A DNA stretch of 64,000 nt from Mobula birostris (Eukaryota): positions 200,547,898 through 200,611,897 of the forward strand of contig NC_092372.1 of the NCBI RefSeq assembly GCF_030028105.1. The letters are read 5' to 3'. Shown in pieces: positions 61,273 through 64,000 of the stretch (its first letter is position 1; every line of letters begins with the position of its first letter). The notes under the pieces were generated by a model. It was not told the DNA's origin, did not search any database, and saw only the letters and a list, made by a program, of their open reading frames with translations. Made by a program: the position numbers and the translations under genes.

Positions 61273-61504
61273 CAAGTCCGGGAGCTGAAAAATATTGTGA
61301 GGCCCTGCCAATTTTAATGGCAGGGCCTCTGAAAATCAAAGCCTGGCCACAATAGTTACACAAATGCAATGTTGTTCTAATAAAAACCTGAATTTCATTT
61401 GCCTATTTGGCAATACTGTGCAGAGAATTTGACAGCAGAGAGCAATCGAAGTCCAGAAAACATTATCTGAGAAACCGTTAGGCCAGGTACATTAGATATA
61501 TTTA

Positions 61505-61933
61505 TCAGATTCAGGTTTAATATCACTATTATATGTCGTGAAATTTGTTAACTTAGCCACAGAAGTACAATGCAATACATGACAATATAGAAAAAAGTAA
61601 GTAAATCAACTACAGTATGTATATATGTGTGTTAAATTAAAAATAGAAATAATAAAAAAAAGTGGGTTATTGTTCACGGGTTCATTGTCCGCTTAGGAAT
61701 CGTGTGGAAGCGAGAAAGAAGCTGTTCCTGAATCACTGAGTGTGTGCCTTCTGCTTCTGTACCTCCTTCCTGTTGGCAACAATAAGAAGAGGGCACATCC
61801 TGAGTGACGGGTGTCCTTAATGATGGGTGTCGTCTTTCTGAGGCACCACTCCTCGAAGATGTCTTGGATACTATGGAGGCTAGTACTCAAAATGGAGCTG
61901 ATTAATTTTACAACTTTCTGTAGCTTCTTCTGT
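61505..61933 (-). mobile_element. Rex-type LINE 3' end
   Basis: tcagattcaggtttaatatcac tail; SLHSIQDIFEEWCLRK...LLPTGRRYRS. Confidence 0.8.
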
Positions 61934-61934
61934 A

Positions 61935-64000
61935 ATTGAGAAGCAGGACCTCCCGGGTAGTAATTTCTGGATTGCTGCCTGTGCCACGCGCCAGTGAGGA
62001 CAGAAACAGGATGGTTTGACAGATAATTATGTGGCACAGGTTTAAAAAAAAGGGAGGAGGTCCTGAAGAGAGAATTCAGGAAGTTAGGTAGGAAGCTGAA
62101 AAGCAGGACCTCGCGGGTAGTAATCTCAGGATTGCTGCCTGTGCCACGTGCTAGCGAGTGCAAGAATAGCATGATCAGGCATATTAATGTGTGGCTGAGA
62201 GACTGGTGTAGGCGGCAGGGCTTCATATTCCTGGATCATTGCGGCCTCTTCTACGGGAGCTACGACCTGTACAAAAAGGACAGGTTTACACCTGAACCCA
62301 AAGGGGTCCATTATCCTAGCGGGCACATTTAATTGAGCTGTTAGGGAGGCTTTAAACTAATTTGGCGGGGGGATCAGAACCGGAGTGATAGGGTTGAGGA
62401 AGGGGAAGACAGAAATAAATCAAAGCTAGCTTGCAACAGAGATGATAGAAAGAACAGGCAGGAGATGAGGCTTAATACAACCAGTGGCATGAGTTACAGA
62501 GCAATAGAGGCATGGTGCAGTTAAAACAGAAAGCAACAAATACCTGGACTGAAAGTGTTCTATTTGAAAACACACAGAATAAGGAATAAAATGGATGATC
62601 TTGAAATTCAGCTACAGATTGGCAAATATGACGTTGTGGCCATCTCTGAAACTTGGCTAAAGGATGGCTGCCATTGGGAACTGAACATCCAAGGATATAC
62701 GGTCTATTAGAAAGATAGGTTAGTAGGCAGAGGGGGTGGTGTGGCTCTGTATATAAGAAATAATATTAAATCAGTAGAAAGCGATGACATAGGATTGGAA
62801 GGTATAGAGTCTCTATGGGTTGAGTTAAGAAATGGCAAGGGTAAAAGCACCCTAATAGTAGTTGTATACAGGCCTCCAAACACCAGCCGGGATGTGGATT
62901 ACAGATTACAGCAGGAGATAGAAAAGGGGTGTCAGAAAGGCAATGCCATGATAATCTTTGGGGATTTTAACATGAAAGTGGATGGGAAAACGAGGTCAGT
63001 ACTGGACCTGGAGAGAGAATTTGTAGAATGTCTAAAGGATGGCTTTTTAGAACAGCTTGTTGTTGAGCCCATTAGGGGATCGGCTGTGCTGGATTGGGTG
63101 TTCTGCAATGATCCGGAGGTGATAAGAGAGGTTAAGGTTAAGGAACATTGATATTTGAAAGGGAAAACATAAAATCCAATGTGTCGATATTTCAGTGGAA
63201 TAAAGGAAATTATCATGGCATCAGAGGGGAACTGGCCGAAGTTGACTGGAAAGGGACTTTTGCAGGAAGGAAAGCAGAGCAACAATGACTGGAGTTTCTG
63301 TGAAAAATGAGGGAAATACAAAACAGATATATTCCAAATAACAAGAAATTTTCAAAGGGAAGAAGGACGCAACAGTGGCTGACAAGTGAAGTCAGAGCCA
63401 AAGTGAAAGCAAAAGAAAACGCATACAAGGAAGCCAGAGCTAGTCGGAAGATAGAGGATTGGGAAGCTTTTAAAAACTTGCAGAAGGAAACTAAGAAGGT
63501 CATTAGGAAGGAAAAGGTGAATTATAAAAGGAAGCTGCTGACTAATATCAAAGAAGATACTAAACTCTTTTTCAAGTACATAAAGGGTAAAAGAGTCGAG
63601 AGTAGAAATAGGACCAATACAAAATGATGCTGGAGATATTATAATAAGAGATGCAGAGATGGCAGAGGAACAGAGTGCATATTTTGCATCAATCTTCACA
63701 GTGGAGGACATCTGCAGTATACATGACATTCAAGAGTGTCAGGGAAGTGAAATTTGTGCAGTGAAAAGTATGACTGAGAAGGTGCTCAGGAAGCTTCATG
63801 GTCCAAAGGTGGATAAATCTCCTGGACCTGATGGAATGCACCCTTGGGATCTGAAGGAAGTAGCTGGAGAGATTGCAGAGGCATTAACAATGATCTTTCA
63901 GAAATCGATAGATTCTGGCATTGTACTGCATGACTGGAAAATTATGAACGTTACTCCACTATTTAAGAAGAGTGGGAGGCAGCAAAAAGGAAACTATAGA
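61935..64000 (+). mobile_element. CR1 (ORF1 esterase C-terminus and ORF2 endonuclease/linker), runs off the window; preceded by a short second ORF1 piece (61935-62030)
   Basis: SGLLPVPRAS...WLRDWCRRQGFIFLDH; VVAISETWL; YRPPN; GDFN; KVDKSPGPDGMHP. Confidence 0.92.

Overview
Vertebrate nuclear DNA, most likely a cartilaginous fish (probably a ray); this is inferred from the repeat families, not from a search. The window is intronic or intergenic and dominated by decayed, often nested transposable elements: CR1 LINEs, Rex1/Babar-type LINEs, an RTE LINE, Penelope-like element (PLE) fragments, tRNA-derived SINEs, one full-length decayed Sushi-like Ty3/Gypsy chromovirus (19963-25945), a solo LTR, a Frog Prince-like Tc1 (56033-57764) and small DNA-transposon MITEs. 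Almost all ORFs in the track are TE fragments or antisense shadows. The only plausible host-gene signal is one 53-nt + strand exon (39085-39137) of an unidentified gene; several repeat-free islands look like conserved non-coding elements. The most interesting signal is RNA structure inside the retroelements: (i) at least six copies of a minimal type I hammerhead ribozyme motif in PLE-derived repeats, with several short copies starting at the ribozyme's stem I; (ii) two different non-autonomous RTE-type elements whose 5' ends fold by hand into HDV-like double pseudoknots, one with an unusual hairpin inserted in L3. All folds are manual and need covariance and cleavage tests. Coordinates of old repeats are approximate (about +/-20-50 bp) unless a TSD is quoted.
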